NCBI GenBank assembly: GCA_964414205.1 | Contig: CAYPVP010000003.1 | Span: 1 to 48,301 of the forward strand | DNA: 48,301 nt | Reading direction: 5' to 3' | From: an uncultured Bacteroidaceae bacterium | GTDB taxonomy: Bacteria > Bacillota > Clostridia > Christensenellales > CAG-917 | Shown: in pieces, positions 1-9,659 of the stretch | Layout: the number at the start of each line of letters is the position of its first letter | Position numbering within the stretch: position 1 is the stretch's first letter | Notes under the pieces: generated by a model | Told to the model about the DNA's origin: nothing | The model's input: the letters and a program-made list of their open reading frames with translations, nothing else | Database searches by the model: none | Program-made: the position numbers and the translations under genes

Positions 1-20
1 AATTTACTAATATTGCTCAT
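1..20 (-). CDS. 5' end of an unidentified CDS running off the left edge of the window
   Basis: ATG at 20..18 on the minus strand, preceded by GAGG (complement of 26-29). It sits 33 nt downstream of the GT4 stop, so it is probably in the same operon. Only 6 codons are visible. Confidence 0.3.
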
Positions 21-53
21 TTTTTCCTCATTTGATTTTTTTTGCTAAATCAA

Positions 54-1157
54 TTACTCTTTTATTCTATCATAAATTTCAATATAGTTATTTGCTATTT
101 TGTTCCAATCAAATTTTGTGGCACATTCAACACAATTTGATGTTAATTTATCATAATTTTCAATGACAAGTTGAATTTTGTTTGCTATATCTTGTGCATT
201 GTTGCAATCTACCGAATATCCAACAACACCATCTTCAAATTGTTTGTCGAAACCTTCATTTTTTGTGTAGATAACTGGAAGCCCTTGACTGATTGCTTCT
301 GCATAAACCAAACCAAATGTTTCATGCTTTGATGGCATTACAAAAATATCATTTTTTTCATAGAAATTTACAAGTTGCTCTTTGTTCATAACTCCGTGAT
401 ATTCAACGAAATCATTTTGCATCAATTTGCTGTATTCTGCATTGTCAACAATTCTGCCTACAATGTTAAACTTGGAACAATAGCCCTTTTCTTGCAAAAT
501 TTTGATTGCTTCAATTGTTTCAATATGATTTTTATTCTTGTCAATCTGAGCCACGCAACAAATGTTGACAATCTTTTCATTGATTGCTTTTGAGTGTTCT
601 TTGTTTGCAAGGAAAAAATCATCAATTCCATTTGGTATCACTACTATTTTTGAATTGATTTGTGTTTTCAATGATTGTGGAATATACTTCAACAATTTAT
701 TTCGATAACTTTCACTAAGCAAAATTATTTGTTTTGCATTCAACAAAATTTTGACACCTTTCCACCACAGCAATTTTCTATATTTAAAAAACAAATTTAT
801 ATCTGTATTTCGTACAGCGACTATATATGGAATTGTTGTGTCTTTCCAAATTTTATATGCAATATTTCCATTTGTAAAAAGATAATGAGCGTGAATAATA
901 TCATAATTTCTATAATCAATATTACAATTTAATGCTTTGAAAATTTTTTTTTGCTTATATCCATAAAAGAACCTATCAATTGAATAGAAACATTGTTTTT
1001 TAAAAACATTATATTTCTGATATTCCAATTTGACATTATCATTATAATTTAATGGCAAAAAAACATCAGAAATATATTCATCTTTATTCAAGCGACAAAT
1101 TAATTCAGAATACAATTTGCTTGTATGATATGATGAACACAAATGCAAAACTTTCAT
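54..1157 (-). CDS. Glycosyltransferase family 4 (GT-B, GT1/GT4 type)
   Basis: C-terminal motif HETFGLVYAEAISQGLPVIYT is typical of GT4 (E-x7-E region). I moved the start to ATG 1157 (MKVLHLCSS), which has GGAG 6 nt upstream. The track start at 1169 is a TTG. The ATG overlaps the upstream TGA by 1 nt. Confidence 0.85.
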   Translation of the reverse strand: MKVLHLCSSYHTSKLYSELICRLNKDEYISDVFLPLNYNDNVKLEYQKYNVFKKQCFYSIDRFFYGYKQKKIFKALNCNIDYRNYDIIHAHYLFTNGNIAYKIWKDTTIPYIVAVRNTDINLFFKYRKLLWWKGVKILLNAKQIILLSESYRNKLLKYIPQSLKTQINSKIVVIPNGIDDFFLANKEHSKAINEKIVNICCVAQIDKNKNHIETIEAIKILQEKGYCSKFNIVGRIVDNAEYSKLMQNDFVEYHGVMNKEQLVNFYEKNDIFVMPSKHETFGLVYAEAISQGLPVIYTKNEGFDKQFEDGVVGYSVDCNNAQDIANKIQLVIENYDKLTSNCVECATKFDWNKIANNYIEIYDRIKE

Positions 1158-2476
1158 CACAATCTCCAATAACTATATCCACATTCATTTAGTTTTTCAG
1201 TTGACAATGCACCCTTCACATCAATGATTACTTTTTCAGCATTGTCACAATTTGTAAATAAACTATCAATTTGTTCAAAAGACATATTTCTAAATTCATT
1301 GTGGTTTACTGCAAAAACAAGGCAATCTGCATCTTTGATTTCATTCAAATCTACCAAATCAACGCCATATTCTTTTTTTGCGTCAACTTTGTTTGCGACT
1401 GGGTCAACAACAATTGGTTCAATCATATATTCTTTCAAGCGTTTGATGATGTCTTCAACTTTGCTGTTTCTTGTGTCAGGGCAATTTTCTTTGAAAGTGA
1501 TGCCCAAAATGACGACCTTTGCTTTTCTGACAATTTTGTTGGCCTTGATGAGTTCTTTGATGATGTTGTCAGCAACAAATGCTCCCATGCCATCATTAAC
1601 TTTTCTGCCAGCAGCAATAATTTGAGAATGATAACCGAGTTTTTCTGCTTGATAGATGAAATAGTATGGATCAACACCAATACAGTGTCCTCCAACCAAT
1701 CCTGGTCTGAACCCAAGGGCATTCCATTTTGTGTTCATGGCATCAATGACTTCGTTTGTATCAATTTTCATTTTGTCAAATGCCATAGCAAGTTCGTTGA
1801 TAAATGCAATGTTAATATCTCGTTGGCTGTTTTCGACAACTTTTGCTGCTTCTGCAACTTTGATTGATGAAGCCCTGTGAACTCCAACTTCAATGACGAG
1901 TTCATAGACTTTTGCAATTTCTTCAAGCGATTCAGCGTCCATTCCCGAAACAATTTTTTTTATGTTTTCCAATCTGTGAACCTTGTCGCCAGGGTTGATT
2001 CTCTCTGGGGAATAGCCAACTTTGAAGTCAATACCACATTTGAGTCCACTTTCTTTTTCCAAAATAGGAATGCAAACATCTTCGGTAACGCCAGGATAGA
2101 CAGTTGATTCATAGACAACAATGCTTCCCTTTGTCAAGTTTCTGCCAAGAATTGTGCTTGCACCAACAACTGGTGACAAATCAGGTGTATGGTCAAGATT
2201 TACAGGTGTAGGCACGGCAACAATGTGAAACTTTGCTTTTTTCAAATCGTTTTCATCGCTTGTAAAAAACACATTGCAGTTTTTGATGCCATCATCGCCA
2301 ACTTCGCATGTTGGGTCAACACCATTTTTATAGGTTTGGATTTTTTCTTTGTTCAAATCAAAGCCAATGACATCAACTTTTTTTGCAAATGCAACAGCGA
2401 TTGGCATTCCAACATAGCCAAGTCCAACCAAACTTATTTTTTCTTTTTTTTGCAAAATATCATCAAATAGTTTCAT
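1157..2476 (-). CDS. Nucleotide-sugar dehydrogenase, TviB/WbpO/Cap5O-like (UDP-N-acetyl-hexosamine 6-dehydrogenase family)
   Basis: N-terminal Rossmann motif GLGYVGMPIAVAFA. Catalytic-Cys motif GGHCIGVDPYY is typical of UDP-HexNAc dehydrogenases rather than Ugd. Length 439 aa. Confidence 0.85.
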   Translation of the reverse strand: MKLFDDILQKKEKISLVGLGYVGMPIAVAFAKKVDVIGFDLNKEKIQTYKNGVDPTCEVGDDGIKNCNVFFTSDENDLKKAKFHIVAVPTPVNLDHTPDLSPVVGASTILGRNLTKGSIVVYESTVYPGVTEDVCIPILEKESGLKCGIDFKVGYSPERINPGDKVHRLENIKKIVSGMDAESLEEIAKVYELVIEVGVHRASSIKVAEAAKVVENSQRDINIAFINELAMAFDKMKIDTNEVIDAMNTKWNALGFRPGLVGGHCIGVDPYYFIYQAEKLGYHSQIIAAGRKVNDGMGAFVADNIIKELIKANKIVRKAKVVILGITFKENCPDTRNSKVEDIIKRLKEYMIEPIVVDPVANKVDAKKEYGVDLVDLNEIKDADCLVFAVNHNEFRNMSFEQIDSLFTNCDNAEKVIIDVKGALSTEKLNECGYSYWRL

Positions 2477-3410
2477 TTTTAAATTCTTCCTTTGAATTGT
2501 ATTTATTTTTATTTTTCATCAACATGTATGCTTCTTTGATTGAAGTCAGTGGAGCAACTAAAACTGCAATCATCAAAAACCATAATGCGAGCAATAATTT
2601 ATGATTTCTTTTGTAGGCAACAGCCAAAACAGCAAAATGACGGCAACGAATATATTTTTTTTGATTGAAGTTTAATTCTTTGAAGAAACTTTTTTTGTAT
2701 TCGTACAACTTTTTTTCGCCAATGATTTTGTTTTTGCCAGTTGAAATTGCTTCGATGTCATATCTGTATGCTTTGATGTTATTTTGCTTCAAATATCCAA
2801 TTTTGCATTCGCTTTTGATGATTTTTGACATCAAATAGAATTCTTGTCCCATACATACATCATCAAAACCATTGATTTGTTGCAAAACGTTTTTTTTGAG
2901 CATAAAAGTTGGAGTTCCCGTTATGTGCTTTTGAAGATGATATTTGAAGAGATAGTCAGTATCAAAACTTTTGATGTCTTCACGACTGCGATAGTCAATC
3001 AGTTTGTTCTTTTCATCAAACAATGACAAATCGGTGAAGGACATATCCAAATTTGCTTCAAGCATACCATTGAGTTGCTCTTCGATTTTGTTTGGCAAAT
3101 ATTCATCATCGTCGTCCAAAAAGGTGATATATTCTCCTTTTGCCACTTCAATGCCTCTGTTTCTAGAATTTGAACCACCAAGATTCTTTTCATTTGCCAA
3201 ATAGACAATTCGAGCATCATTTTGACTTGCGACAAAGTCTTTCAAACCTTGTCTATATTCTAGCAAATCATCTCTGCCGTTGTCGTCCACCAAAACTATT
3301 TCAATGTTTTTGTAGGTTTGTTGTTGAAGAGATTGAATTGCTCTTCCAACCAAATCGATTTTTCGTTTATAAGACGGCATAATAATGCTGACCAAAACAT
3401 TCGTTTTCAT
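2463..3410 (-). CDS. Glycosyltransferase family 2
   Basis: N-terminus VSIIMPSYKR ... VDDNG ... FLDDDDE (DxD) is a GT-A fold signature. There is a C-terminal TM segment. Start moved to ATG 3410 with GGAG upstream; the track start is GTG. Confidence 0.85.
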   Translation of the reverse strand: MKTNVLVSIIMPSYKRKIDLVGRAIQSLQQQTYKNIEIVLVDDNGRDDLLEYRQGLKDFVASQNDARIVYLANEKNLGGSNSRNRGIEVAKGEYITFLDDDDEYLPNKIEEQLNGMLEANLDMSFTDLSLFDEKNKLIDYRSREDIKSFDTDYLFKYHLQKHITGTPTFMLKKNVLQQINGFDDVCMGQEFYLMSKIIKSECKIGYLKQNNIKAYRYDIEAISTGKNKIIGEKKLYEYKKSFFKELNFNQKKYIRCRHFAVLAVAYKRNHKLLLALWFLMIAVLVAPLTSIKEAYMLMKNKNKYNSKEEFKNETI

Positions 3411-3412
3411 AA

Positions 3413-4093
3413 TCACTCCGTTAGAACAACAAACAAGGTTTCAAAAATCAATTTGATGTTGTAACACAACCTCATTTGTTGAATGTATTTCAAGTTTAAT
3501 GCCAATTTTACAGGCATAATTTCTTCTATATAAGATTTTTCTGCATCATCAGAATTTTCCAAAATTTCGTTTTCATTTCTAAATTTGATTGACGCCATAT
3601 CCGTGATTCCAGGTCGCACAAGCAAAACATTTTTTTGTTCTGCATCATACAAGTCAACATATTTTGGAACTTCTGGTCTTGGTCCAACCAAACTCATGTC
3701 GCCAATCAAAACATTGATGAGTTGTGGCAATTCATCAATTTTGGCTTTTCTCAAAAATTTGCCAACACTTGTAATTCGCATATCGTTTGATGTTGAAAGT
3801 TGCAAACCTTTGCTTTCGGCATTTTTCACCATTGTTCTAAACTTCAAAATTTTGAATTGTTTTTCATTTTTGCCAACACGAGTTTGTTTGAAAAACACTT
3901 CTCCCTTGCTGGTTAGTTTTATTGCAATAGCAACAAACAAAAACAGTGGCGACAAAAGCAACAAACCAATTGCACTTGCAAAAATGTCAAACATCCTTAT
4001 GTTAAACAAAGAAAACCATTTTTTTGACAACATTTTTTTGTAGTCAAAGGAAGTTTCTGCGTTTTCTTCAAAAAATTTTTTTTCGTCGCTCAT
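3413..4093 (-). CDS. Small monotopic phosphoglycosyl (sugar-1-phosphate) transferase, PglC/WbaP-C/EpsL family; initiating enzyme
   Basis: 226 aa with a single N-terminal hydrophobic helix. Carries the conserved bacterial sugar transferase block KFRTM ... DELPQLINVLIGDMSLVGPRP. Shows 4-nt ATGA overlap with the upstream gene. Confidence 0.85.
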   Translation of the reverse strand: MSDEKKFFEENAETSFDYKKMLSKKWFSLFNIRMFDIFASAIGLLLLSPLFLFVAIAIKLTSKGEVFFKQTRVGKNEKQFKILKFRTMVKNAESKGLQLSTSNDMRITSVGKFLRKAKIDELPQLINVLIGDMSLVGPRPEVPKYVDLYDAEQKNVLLVRPGITDMASIKFRNENEILENSDDAEKSYIEEIMPVKLALNLKYIQQMRLCYNIKLIFETLFVVLTE

Positions 4094-5292
4094 AAACTTT
4101 TGACAACCTCCACAAAGTTTTTGATGATGAAGTCGACTTCTTCGTCAGTCAAACAAGTGTGAAGTGGCAAAGTGATTTCATTTTTATATCGTGCATATGC
4201 GTTTGGAAAGTTTGCAATGTCAAAGCCCAAATTTTTGTAGGCAGTGTGCATTGGCAATGGCTTGTAGTGAACGTTTGTTGCAATTCCTCGTTTTGCAAGT
4301 TCAATCACAACATCATTTCTTGTTTGTTCATCGGCACCAAGCAGTCTCACCAAAAACAGATGCCCACTGCTTGAAAAATCTTTGCCATAGTGTTTTGGAA
4401 GTTCGACATTCAAGTTTTCAAAGGCTTGATTATATTTTTCAATGATTGCTTTTCTTCTTTTGAGCATTGCGTCATATCGTGAAAGTTGTGCAATGCCAAT
4501 TGATGCCATGATGTCAGTCATGTTGCATTTTTGTCCACACATTTTGATGTCATATTCCCAAGCGCCAATTTGAGTTTTTGCAAGAGCATCTTTTGATTGT
4601 CCATGCAAACTCCACAACATAAATTGCTTGTATATCCACTCATCATCAAAGCCGTTGTCCTGTCTCCAAGTCACGGCTCCACCTTCTGCTGTTGTCAGGT
4701 TTTTGACAGCGTGGAAACTGAAAGATGTGAAATCTCCTGCTTGTCCACTTGAAAGCCCTTTTGAAGTTGCTCCCAAACTGTGTGCACCGTCAGTCAAAAT
4801 CAAAATTCTTGAAAGTTGTTGTTGCAAAATGTTTTCGCTTGCATGAAACAAATTTTGTTTTTTGGCGACAATTTCTCTCAATTTGTCATAGTCGCACATG
4901 ATTCCACCAACATCAACAGGAACAATCACTTTTGTTTTTTCTGTGACAAGGCTTTCAAGTTGGTGGTAGTCAATCTCGTAGTTGTCTTTTTGGCAATCGC
5001 ACAAAACAATTTTTGCACCAACATGTTCAATCACGCTTGCGCTTGCTGAATAGGTGTATGCAGAGGTTATGACTTCGTCACCTTTTCCAACACCAAAAAT
5101 ACGCAAAACCAGTTCTAAACCAGCAGTTGCCGAATTTAGGCACACTGCTTTGCTTGTTCCACAAAACTTTGCTATGTCATTTTCAAATTTTTTGGTTTTT
5201 GGTCCTGTTGTAATCCAACCTGATTTCAAAGTGTCAACAACTTCATCAATTTCGAGTTGTGAGATATCTGGTGGTGAAAAACTGATTTTCAT
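4090..5292 (-). CDS. DegT/DnrJ/EryC1/StrS-family PLP aminotransferase (PglE/EpsN-like sugar 4-aminotransferase)
   Basis: Family-typical N-terminus (SPPDI...E...V.L.SGW.T.GP...FE) and a fold-type I aminotransferase layout. Start moved to ATG 5292 (MKISFSPPD) with GGAG upstream; the track start is TTG. Confidence 0.8.
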   Translation of the reverse strand: MKISFSPPDISQLEIDEVVDTLKSGWITTGPKTKKFENDIAKFCGTSKAVCLNSATAGLELVLRIFGVGKGDEVITSAYTYSASASVIEHVGAKIVLCDCQKDNYEIDYHQLESLVTEKTKVIVPVDVGGIMCDYDKLREIVAKKQNLFHASENILQQQLSRILILTDGAHSLGATSKGLSSGQAGDFTSFSFHAVKNLTTAEGGAVTWRQDNGFDDEWIYKQFMLWSLHGQSKDALAKTQIGAWEYDIKMCGQKCNMTDIMASIGIAQLSRYDAMLKRRKAIIEKYNQAFENLNVELPKHYGKDFSSSGHLFLVRLLGADEQTRNDVVIELAKRGIATNVHYKPLPMHTAYKNLGFDIANFPNAYARYKNEITLPLHTCLTDEEVDFIIKNFVEVVKSL

Positions 5293-5524
5293 AAGTGCTC
5301 CACAAAAAAATATTTTATACAATTATACAACCAAAAGATGATTTTAACAAGTTATATTCACATTGAAATTGGATGCAAGTTGCAATCGAGATGAATATGC
5401 CATTTTGACTCTACAATTTGCATTTGTGCCTCCATATTTATTGTGAGAGTTGAACTGCTTGATTTCATCGCAGAATCGCTTGTTTTTTGGGTGACTAGAT
5501 TATGGGTTTTTGAATAAAATTTCT

Positions 5525-5553
5525 TTGAAAACTCAAACTTTTTGTAGTATAAT
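5525..5553 (+). promoter_or_regulatory. Sigma-70-type promoter: TTGAAA, 17 nt spacer, TATAAT
   Basis: TTGAAA at 5525-5530, 17-nt spacer, TATAAT at 5548-5553. The first ATG of the downstream ORF is at 5560, only 6 nt after the -10 element, which suggests a leaderless transcript. Confidence 0.55.
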
Positions 5554-5559
5554 TTGCTT

Positions 5560-6714
5560 ATGACAAAATTTTGTGAAAAAACTCAATCTGAATTTGTTGA
5601 AATGCTAAAAAATTTCTACAATGAAAAAAACATCTTTCCTGAAATTTCAAACAAAGATGAGTTTTTTGCATTTGCAAAAATGCACCAACTTTTACCATTG
5701 GTTTTTCATTTTGCAAAACAATGCAACCATTCTTTTGGAGAAGATGAAGACAAAATCTTGAAAATGCAAGCACTTGTTTTGGCTCAAACAATGGGCGTTC
5801 AAACTTGCCAAACGCAAAAATTTGCCAACTTTATGATTGAAAACAATTTGAAGTTTTCATTTTTGAAAGGACAGTTTGTCAACAAATTCTATCCACCATC
5901 GACACGCTCAATGGGTGACATCGACGTCTATTTCAACAAAGATGATGAAAAACAAGTGGTTGAATTTTTAGGCGAGCAAGGTTATAAAGTTGAAAAGGGA
6001 TTTGAGCAAGACATCAATGCTAAAAAGGGGAAAGTTGTTTTTGAATTGCACAACAATCTCTATTGGTTTGGAGTTGATGTTGCAAAATTTTGCAAAATGG
6101 ACAATAGTGGCTTTGATTTGCAAAGTCAAACATTGATTGTTGTTGTTCACATGCTCAAACACCTTGCAAACATGGGTTGTGGCATAAGACAAATTTTAGA
6201 TTTTGCGTTGTTGCTGAAACATGAAAGAAGCAAAATTGATTTGGTTGCCATTGAAAAGTTTGTAGAGTCGCTAGGGGTCAAAAAAGCATATGATTTTGTG
6301 CTTGCCGTCATGGACAAATGGTTTGAAACGAGTTTTTGCAACCAGCAAATTGACAAAACGGAACTTGAATTTGTTGAACAAAGAATTTTGCTCAATGGAA
6401 TTTTTGGTTTCAACACAGCCAATGAAAATGTGCTTTCAATGTCACGAAACAGTCATCTCGGACACTCAAAAACAAAAAACTTTTGGAGATTGATTTTTCC
6501 AACCTATGAAGCAATCAAAAGGACCTATCCAAAACTTGAAAAACATAGGTTTTTGCTACCGTTCTATCATGTTCATCGAATTTTCAAAAAGGGCTTTCAA
6601 AACAAGCGCTACAAAAGAATTTATACCATGCAAGACGACTTGAAAGAAGTTGATGAACTTGTCAAATTTAACAAAATTTTGGGACTTGCTGGCAAATATT
6701 ATGACAAAAACTGA
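5560..6714 (+). CDS. Nucleotidyltransferase-family protein (uncharacterised NTP_transf_5-like), often found near polysaccharide loci
   Basis: 384-aa ORF with a G-D-I-D-V (MGDIDVY) Pol-beta-like NTase motif. It is divergent from the glycan cluster. The first ATG is at 5560; the track start at 5554 is TTG and overlaps the -10 box. Confidence 0.6.
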   Translation: MTKFCEKTQSEFVEMLKNFYNEKNIFPEISNKDEFFAFAKMHQLLPLVFHFAKQCNHSFGEDEDKILKMQALVLAQTMGVQTCQTQKFANFMIENNLKFSFLKGQFVNKFYPPSTRSMGDIDVYFNKDDEKQVVEFLGEQGYKVEKGFEQDINAKKGKVVFELHNNLYWFGVDVAKFCKMDNSGFDLQSQTLIVVVHMLKHLANMGCGIRQILDFALLLKHERSKIDLVAIEKFVESLGVKKAYDFVLAVMDKWFETSFCNQQIDKTELEFVEQRILLNGIFGFNTANENVLSMSRNSHLGHSKTKNFWRLIFPTYEAIKRTYPKLEKHRFLLPFYHVHRIFKKGFQNKRYKRIYTMQDDLKEVDELVKFNKILGLAGKYYDKN

Positions 6715-6825
6715 AATGGAATAAAATGCAAACATGCAAATAAAGTGGCAAAAATTAAAATCAAATGCCACAAGCAAAACAATGTGGCAAAACTGAAATC
6801 AAGAAATAATAATTTATTAAAAAAC

Positions 6826-6854
6826 AAAAAAGGTAGAAATTTCTACCTTTTTTT
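6826..6854. terminator. Rho-independent terminator (bidirectional look)
   Basis: Perfect palindrome AGGTAGAAA/TTTCTACCT at 6831-6848, flanked by an A-run upstream and a T-run (6849-6854) downstream. Confidence 0.7.
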
Positions 6855-6982
6855 GATGTTTGTCAACTTGAATTGAATCAGGTGACAAAGAGTTGAATCA
6901 AATTTCCAATTAAACTTTATTTTAACTTGACATATATCAAATTTTAGATAAATTTGAAAATTGAACCCGAATCAATTCACGG

Positions 6983-7064
6983 TTTGTCACTGACTTTTTT
7001 AGTCAGCGTTGTTCAAACCACAATTTTGTCACTGACTTTTTGATTCAACATCGTTCAAATCACA
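6983..7064. repeat. Two tandem ~41-bp direct repeats (TTTGTCACTGACTTTTT..GTTCAAAyCACA)
   Basis: Unit 1 is 6983-7022 and unit 2 is 7023-7064. Unit 1 contains the inverted repeat CTGACT-N5-AGTCAG. Unit 2 runs into the thioredoxin stop codon. Confidence 0.7.
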
Positions 7065-7365
7065 TTTTTGCAAATTTTTCAAGTTCATTGATGTTTTTTA
7101 GTCCAACATCTTTGTTTGTGACGCTTCCATTTTCAAGCAAGAAAAGTGCAGGAATTGAGTAAACTTGAAATTGTCCTGTGACTTCTGGAACAATGTCAAC
7201 ATTGACTTTGACAACTTTGACATCTTCATGTTTGTCTGCAAAACTTTCCAAGACCGGTCCAAGCATTTTGCAAGGAGCGCACCAATCGGCATAGAAATCA
7301 ACAACGACTTTGCCTTCTTTTACTTCTTTTTCAAATTCATTTGAATTGTGAACATATTTTACCAT
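7060..7365 (-). CDS. trxA: Thioredoxin (active site WCAPCK)
   Basis: WCAPCK redox motif and about 101 aa. Start moved to ATG 7365 (MVKYVHN), preceded by AAAGGAGAAAAAAA. Confidence 0.9.
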   Translation of the reverse strand: MVKYVHNSNEFEKEVKEGKVVVDFYADWCAPCKMLGPVLESFADKHEDVKVVKVNVDIVPEVTGQFQVYSIPALFLLENGSVTNKDVGLKNINELEKFAKM

Positions 7366-7378
7366 TTTTTTTCTCCTT

Positions 7379-7570
7379 TCAGCCAAAATAGAAAGCATTT
7401 TTTGGACAATAATTGATGCATTTTCCACATTTTATACATTTTGAATCATCAATTTGTGGCAAGTTGAAGTTGTGTTGCGAAATTGCTTTTGCAGGGCAAA
7501 TCGCAATGCTTGGGCAATGGTGATTTTGTGGACATCGCATTTCATTGACTTTGATAAATCTGTTTTCCAT
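7379..7570 (-). CDS. Small 4Fe-4S ferredoxin-domain protein
   Basis: 63 aa with CIKCGKCINYCP (CxxCxxCxxxCP) plus a second Cys-rich segment CPQNHHCPSIAICP. GAGG RBS. Lies 13 nt upstream of trx. Confidence 0.7.
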   Translation of the reverse strand: MENRFIKVNEMRCPQNHHCPSIAICPAKAISQHNFNLPQIDDSKCIKCGKCINYCPKNAFYFG

Positions 7571-7630
7571 GTTGACCTCGATTCATTTTTTATAATCAAT
7601 TTAGCACATTCATCAAAGTTAGTATGTGAC

Positions 7631-8302
7631 TCAAATCACATAACTATTTTTGATTTTTTCCAAATCGAGAATGGAAATTTTTCCACGTGCCAAAGAAATG
7701 AATTTTTCTTGTTGAAGAAATTTGAGTGTTCTTGAAACGACTTCACGAACGCTTCCGATATATTTTGCAATGTCTTCGTGTGTCAATGAGAGTTCAATTT
7801 TGCCAGTGGAAACGGCTTCATCATACAAAAGCAAGGCAACTCGTTTGTCAATGTCGCAAAAGATATATTGTTGCAAAGTCCACAAAACTTCTTCATATTT
7901 TTCAGAGGACGTCTTGTAGACAAAAAGTTGAACATTGACATTGCTCATCAAAGAATCGATGACTTGTGGCGAAATTATGTAGGCTTGTGATGATTGCTGT
8001 GCTGTCATCATGATGTCAAGACCCGTCAAACTCAATGGACAGTTGTAGGACATCATCCAAACATCGCCTGCTTTCAAGCGAAACAATGTCACATCTCGTC
8101 CGTTTTCGGCTTGCAACGAAATGCGAAATTCACCCTGTTTCAAAATGACAATGCCAATGCAAGAATCGTTTTTGTTGTTGATTGGTTGAGATTTTTCAAA
8201 TTGCACTTTTTGGGTGTTTTCCAAAACAAGTTTTTTTTGACTTTGTGTCAAGGTGTCCCAAAAAGGCAAAGAAGAACTCAAAAATTTCTCACAATTTTCC
8301 AT
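7631..8302 (-). CDS. Crp/Fnr-family transcriptional regulator
   Basis: cNMP-binding-like beta-roll followed by a C-terminal HTH (HEDIAKYIGSVREVVSRTLKFLQQE). Start set at ATG 8302 with GGAG 9 nt upstream. Overlaps the upstream gene by 14 nt. Confidence 0.85.
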   Translation of the reverse strand: MENCEKFLSSSLPFWDTLTQSQKKLVLENTQKVQFEKSQPINNKNDSCIGIVILKQGEFRISLQAENGRDVTLFRLKAGDVWMMSYNCPLSLTGLDIMMTAQQSSQAYIISPQVIDSLMSNVNVQLFVYKTSSEKYEEVLWTLQQYIFCDIDKRVALLLYDEAVSTGKIELSLTHEDIAKYIGSVREVVSRTLKFLQQEKFISLARGKISILDLEKIKNSYVI

Positions 8303-9461
8303 GTGCATTGACTCCAAGCAAAAGTTCATTTTTGAGCATTTGCAATTCGTTGATGTTTGTTTCGGAAAGTGCAGAATGAATTGAAACAATGGTGTTGCAG
8401 ATGTTCAAATTTTTGGAATTTTGCAAAGTTGATTTGATGATTTTTCCTGCTTGTGGTGCCCAAGAACCATTTTCTATGATTCCAACTGTGCGATTTTGAA
8501 AGTTTTTGGCTTGCAAATGTGAAAGAAAGTCTTTCATTGCTGAAAAAATGTCGCCATCATAGGTTGTTGTTGCAACAACGAGATGCGAGTGTTTGAAAGC
8601 GTCTTCAATGTTTTCTGCCATGTCCGAGCGATTCAAGTCTGAAATTGAAACTCTGATGTTTTCTTTTTCAAGCATGTCTTTCAACATCATCACTGCTTTT
8701 TTGGTGTTGCCATAGATTGAGGTGTAGGCAATGAACACACCTTCAACTTCTGGTTTGTAGGCACTCCAAGTGTCATAGAGCGACAAATAGTAAGAAAGGT
8801 TTTCTTGCAAAATTGGACCATGCAAAGGACAAATTGTCGTGATGTCATTGCCTCCAAGTTTTTTCAAAATGTTTTGCACTTGCACGCCATATTTTCCAAC
8901 AATGTTGAAATAGTAGCGACGGGCCTCGCATGCCCATTCTTCTTGTGCGTCAAGTGCTCCAAATTTGCCAAAAGCATCAGCCGAAAACAAGATTTTTTCT
9001 GTTTCATCAACTGTCATCATGACTTCTGGCCAATGAATCATTGGTGCAAAAACAAATTTGAATGTTCTTGTTCCTGTTGAAAAGGTGTCGCCATCTTTGA
9101 CAACAATTTTTCTGTCTTCAAAATCCCAACCAAAAAAGTTTTTCAGTAGTGCAAAAGTTTTTTGATTGCCAATGATTTTCAAATTTGGAAATCTGTTTGC
9201 TATTGTCACAATGTTTGATGAGTGGTCAGGTTCCATGTGAGAAACAACCAAAAAATCAAGAGTTCTGCCATTCAATGCACTGTCGATGTTTTCAAGCCAT
9301 TTGTTTTTCACTTTGTTGTCAACGGTGTCAAACAAAAGTGTTTTTTCATCCAACACCAAATAGGAATTGTATGCCATGCCATTTGGCACAATATATTGTC
9401 CCTCAAAAAGGTCGATGTCATGAGTGCTTGCTCCAACATATACGGTTTTTTCATTTTTCAT
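8289..9461 (-). CDS. fprA: A-type flavodiiron protein (FprA/ROO-like O2 or NO reductase): metallo-beta-lactamase-like domain plus flavodoxin domain
   Basis: HMEPDHS di-iron motif and a C-terminal flavodoxin-like half (FIAYTSIYGNTKK). About 390 aa. Start at ATG 9461, preceded by GGAGGA. Confidence 0.85.
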   Translation of the reverse strand: MKNEKTVYVGASTHDIDLFEGQYIVPNGMAYNSYLVLDEKTLLFDTVDNKVKNKWLENIDSALNGRTLDFLVVSHMEPDHSSNIVTIANRFPNLKIIGNQKTFALLKNFFGWDFEDRKIVVKDGDTFSTGTRTFKFVFAPMIHWPEVMMTVDETEKILFSADAFGKFGALDAQEEWACEARRYYFNIVGKYGVQVQNILKKLGGNDITTICPLHGPILQENLSYYLSLYDTWSAYKPEVEGVFIAYTSIYGNTKKAVMMLKDMLEKENIRVSISDLNRSDMAENIEDAFKHSHLVVATTTYDGDIFSAMKDFLSHLQAKNFQNRTVGIIENGSWAPQAGKIIKSTLQNSKNLNICNTIVSIHSALSETNINELQMLKNELLLGVNAHGKL

Positions 9462-9659
9462 ATGAGAATCCTCCATCTAAATGATAATGCGAAATGGCAA
9501 GAAAGTAAATATAGAGTTTCTCAAAGTCGCAATTTTAATCGTTTTAACGCATTGAAAAATAAAAAAAACACCAAAAAGCATAGAAACAACTTGATGATGA
9601 AAAGCAAAAAGATTTTCAAACTGTTGAAAAACGAAAAATAGCATTAGAACACACGCATT

